Below are positions 60,972 through 64,000 of a stretch of 64,000 bases of DNA, piece after piece. The notes beneath the pieces were generated by a model. It did not search any database, was not told the DNA's origin, and saw only the letters and a program-made list of their open reading frames with translations. The position numbers and the translations under genes are program-made. Source of the DNA: Gammaproteobacteria bacterium. GTDB taxonomy: Bacteria > Pseudomonadota > Gammaproteobacteria > CAJXQU01. The stretch lies in assembly GCA_965238175.1 (NCBI GenBank), contig CBDEGZ010000003.1, positions 480,001 through 544,000 of the forward strand, read 5' to 3'. How positions within the stretch are numbered: the first letter of the stretch is position 1; every line of letters begins with the position of its first letter.

Positions 60972-61310
60972 AGGAGCTGTTGATCTTTGATGCTGATTTT
61001 TTGTTCAACATCACATAGGCAAGCATGTCATTGTGAGCATCCTAAATAACATGTTTATATAATTCCGTTCTAACTTATCATATCTCATTGATCTAGCCCT
61101 GTAATTCTCTAACTCTGGAAAATGCATTTCCAGCCAGTGGCGATATAACGTCTAAATTTCTTACTGTCATACCCTTTGTCGGTGATGACATTGTCTAATA
61201 ATGGTGATTTTGCAAGGGGTGCTTCTGCGTACATAATATCGTTGACCTGCACACCAGATATCTCAAAATGAATAGATAAGCCAAAACTGTTTACTGATAG
61301 AACAAACTCG
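60972..61310 (-). mobile_element. IS5-family remnant, heavily deleted
   Basis: Fragments SVNSFGLSIHFE, SGVQVND, ITDKGYDS, ENAF, RYDKLERNY...LPM*. Confidence 0.72.
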
Positions 61311-61544
61311 AGAAAAAAGATTGGACACGAGTGTTTGAACGCATACAGCGACTCATGAGAGCCCCCTTGTACGCTTATTTTTTTAATCCAATTTGGTGGG
61401 ATTGTTCAGAAACTAACCTATAGATTACTTTTTTCTTCAAACTTCCGATCATTGAAGTATTGCTAATAAAGCTCAGATAAAGTAGTATGCTGCGATGCAG
61501 CAATTGTCTATATTTTAACATATCAAAAAGGAATCAGTGAAACC

Positions 61545-63728
61545 ATGGTAATTGAAACTGAAAACTACGAAAGCGTAGGAAAACTACAAATTAAAAAAGA
61601 TCTCTTCGAACTTGTAAAAAAAGAGATTGTACCTAAAACAGGGATCGCTAATAAAAATTTCTGGGCATCTCTGGAAAGTATTCTGCACGGATCTATGAAA
61701 AAGAATGCAGATCTATTAAAAAAACGCGATAGCTTACAAAAAAAAATTGATGCCTGGCACATAGAACATAAAGGGGAAAAACATAACCCTGCAACGTACA
61801 AAAAATTCCTCAAACAAATCGGCTATCTGGTCGATGAAATAGAAGACTTTTCAGTCAGCACAGAAAATATTGACAATGAAATTGCAACTATTGCTGGCCC
61901 ACAGCTTGTTGTGCCTCTGGATAATGCCCGCTATGTTTTAAATGCCGTTAACGCGCGTTGGGGTAGTCTTTATGATGCTTCGTATATAACTGACACTATT
62001 ACAGAAGCCAATGGTTGTAAAAAAATAAAAAAATACAATCCCATCCGTGGTGATCGTGTGATCTTGCGTGGCCGAAATCTACTCGACAGACACTTTTCAT
62101 TGGAAAGAGATACACATAAGCATGTGACACAGTATTTTATTAAAAATAATCAACTCTATGTTCACTTTGGAGATGGAAGTGAAACAACATTACTCAAACC
62201 GCAACAATTTGTAGGCTATACCGGTATTCCGGAAAATCCGAAATCAATTATATTAATTCATCATAATTTGCATTTAGAAATTAAATTAGGTGATGGTCTT
62301 TTTATTGGTCGTCATGATCACGCCACGATTTATGATATATATCTCGAATCTGCCATTACAACTATTATGGATTGTGAGGATTCCGTCGCCTCTGTTGATA
62401 CAGAGGATAAACTAACAGTCTATCGTAATTGGTTAGGCTTAATGAAAGGAACTCTGGTACGCACTGTAGTAAAAGATGGGCAAACTCTTAAACGTGCGAT
62501 GGAGCCAGATAAAGAGTTTATCGACACCAATGGAAAACCAGTGTTAATAAAAGGGCGTAGTTTAATGCTGGTTCGTAATGTTGGAAGTCATCTTTATACA
62601 GATATGGTTTTATATGATGGCAAACAAGTTCCTGAAACATTTGTCGATTTAATGGTAACTTCTCTCAGTGCAATACATGATTTAAAAGGAACCTCAAAAC
62701 GTCCTAATAGCTTGAAAGGTTCTGTCTACATTGTGAAACCAAAGATGCATGGTCCGGAAGAAGTTGCATTTGCAAATCATTTATTTGCTCGTGCCGAGGA
62801 AGAATTAAAACTTCCGGCTAATACGTTGAAGATGGGTATTATGGATGAAGAGCGCCGAACTTCAGTGAATTTAAAAGCGTGTATTCATGCTGCTAAAGAA
62901 CGTGTGGTATTTATTAATACAGGATTTTTGGATAGAACCGGTGATGATATTCATACCAATATGGAAGCAGGTCCTATTGTCCCCAAATCTGAATTGAAAC
63001 AGGCAAAATGGTTACAGGCTTATGAAGATTCAAATGTTCAGGTGGGTCTTGATTGTGGGCTCATGAATAAGGCACAGATAGGCAAAGGTATGTGGGCGAT
63101 GCCAGAAGAAATGAACAGCATGATGAAGACAAAGATACAACATTTAAAAGCAGGTGCGAATACATCATGGGTACCTTCTCCTACTGCGGCAACTTTGCAT
63201 GTAATCCACTATCATCGTTTGAATGTTAAAAACAGGCAGCTCGCACTAATGGATATTGCTAAAATACCGGTTGACGATATTCTCAAGATACCTGTTATTG
63301 CTCCCAAGCGTAAACTGACTGTATTGGAAATACGGCACGAACTGGAAAACAATGCACAAGGAATATTAGGTTATGTTTCACGCTGGGTTGGTCAAGGTGT
63401 TGGTTGCTCTAAAGTACCAGATATAAATGATGTTGCTTTAATGGAAGATTGCGCAACATTACGAATATCAAGTCAACACATTGCTAATTGGTTACATCAC
63501 AGTATCGTTAGTAAAGAAGAAGTGATCGATACAATGAAACGCATGGCAGTAATCGTTGATAGGCAAAATCGAGATGACAAAAACTATGAACCTATGTCTA
63601 AAGATTATAGTGCCAGCATTCCATTTCTAGCTGCTGTTGATCTGGTGTTGAAAGGCCGAAAACAAGCCAACGGTTACACTGAATTTATTTTATATAAACG
63701 CCGAACAGAACAAAAAGTTCATGGCTGA
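61545..63728 (+). CDS. glcB: Malate synthase G
   Basis: AGPQLVVP, NARWGSLYD, MDCEDS, RNVG, KPKMHGP, MDEERRT, NTGFLDRTGD, LMEDCATLRISSQ. Confidence 0.95.
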   Translation: MVIETENYESVGKLQIKKDLFELVKKEIVPKTGIANKNFWASLESILHGSMKKNADLLKKRDSLQKKIDAWHIEHKGEKHNPATYKKFLKQIGYLVDEIEDFSVSTENIDNEIATIAGPQLVVPLDNARYVLNAVNARWGSLYDASYITDTITEANGCKKIKKYNPIRGDRVILRGRNLLDRHFSLERDTHKHVTQYFIKNNQLYVHFGDGSETTLLKPQQFVGYTGIPENPKSIILIHHNLHLEIKLGDGLFIGRHDHATIYDIYLESAITTIMDCEDSVASVDTEDKLTVYRNWLGLMKGTLVRTVVKDGQTLKRAMEPDKEFIDTNGKPVLIKGRSLMLVRNVGSHLYTDMVLYDGKQVPETFVDLMVTSLSAIHDLKGTSKRPNSLKGSVYIVKPKMHGPEEVAFANHLFARAEEELKLPANTLKMGIMDEERRTSVNLKACIHAAKERVVFINTGFLDRTGDDIHTNMEAGPIVPKSELKQAKWLQAYEDSNVQVGLDCGLMNKAQIGKGMWAMPEEMNSMMKTKIQHLKAGANTSWVPSPTAATLHVIHYHRLNVKNRQLALMDIAKIPVDDILKIPVIAPKRKLTVLEIRHELENNAQGILGYVSRWVGQGVGCSKVPDINDVALMEDCATLRISSQHIANWLHHSIVSKEEVIDTMKRMAVIVDRQNRDDKNYEPMSKDYSASIPFLAAVDLVLKGRKQANGYTEFILYKRRTEQKVHG

Positions 63729-63729
63729 T

Positions 63730-64000
63730 TGTGTGCCATATCTTGACGAAAAACATTGGCATTAATGTCCGATGAGATCATGACGCTCTCTCTAATAGAG
63801 AGCGAAGTGATTTTTTGGTAAATCGCTGGCTAGTTTTGTAAATCCATGTCCAGGAACTCGATTACCCATGCTGTGCCCGATCAAATAAATATCTTTAGCT
63901 GGAATCTTTTCGAACATGATTCTGAGGAAACCTACAAAATGTGTTGTGTTCCACTGCACATTGGTTTCTTCATCACCGGTGTCGCCCATCAAATTATCTT
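63730..64000 (-). pseudogene. Alpha/beta hydrolase (DUF900-like) fragment with premature stop
   Basis: IYLIGHSMGNR nucleophile elbow; after the stop, SDINANVF resembles APDID..F; continues beyond the window. Confidence 0.6.

Overview
AT-rich gammaproteobacterial chromosome segment. It carries intact housekeeping loci (mmsA, mgtE-miaB-phoH-ybeY-corC-lnt, trxB, peroxiredoxin, crp, tRNA-Met, ppk1/ppx, mtgA, a tripartite RND pump, yceIJ, glcB) interspersed with many eroded genes (atoE-like, ybeL/DUF1451, EamA, GT2, NlpI-like, DUF900, an integrase) and IS remnants (IS3, IS110, IS5, plus a nearly intact IS982), which suggests ongoing genome decay. The best candidate for an uncharacterised system is a divergent locus with two Fur boxes: outer-membrane porin + flavinylation-motif FMN-binding protein + PepSY-type heme-b membrane protein on one side, a small hypothetical protein + ferritin on the other. 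Other notable observations: two short frame-preserving palindromic micro-insertions in different transposases that share TACCC/CCGAAG motifs, an ERIC-like MITE, a hipBA module with four 27-bp-spaced operators next to a dead integrase at tRNA-Met, an encapsulin-type ferritin with neither targeting peptide nor shell gene, and a sigma-28-promoted EAL phosphodiesterase. All family assignments come from motif recognition by eye; no database searches were run.
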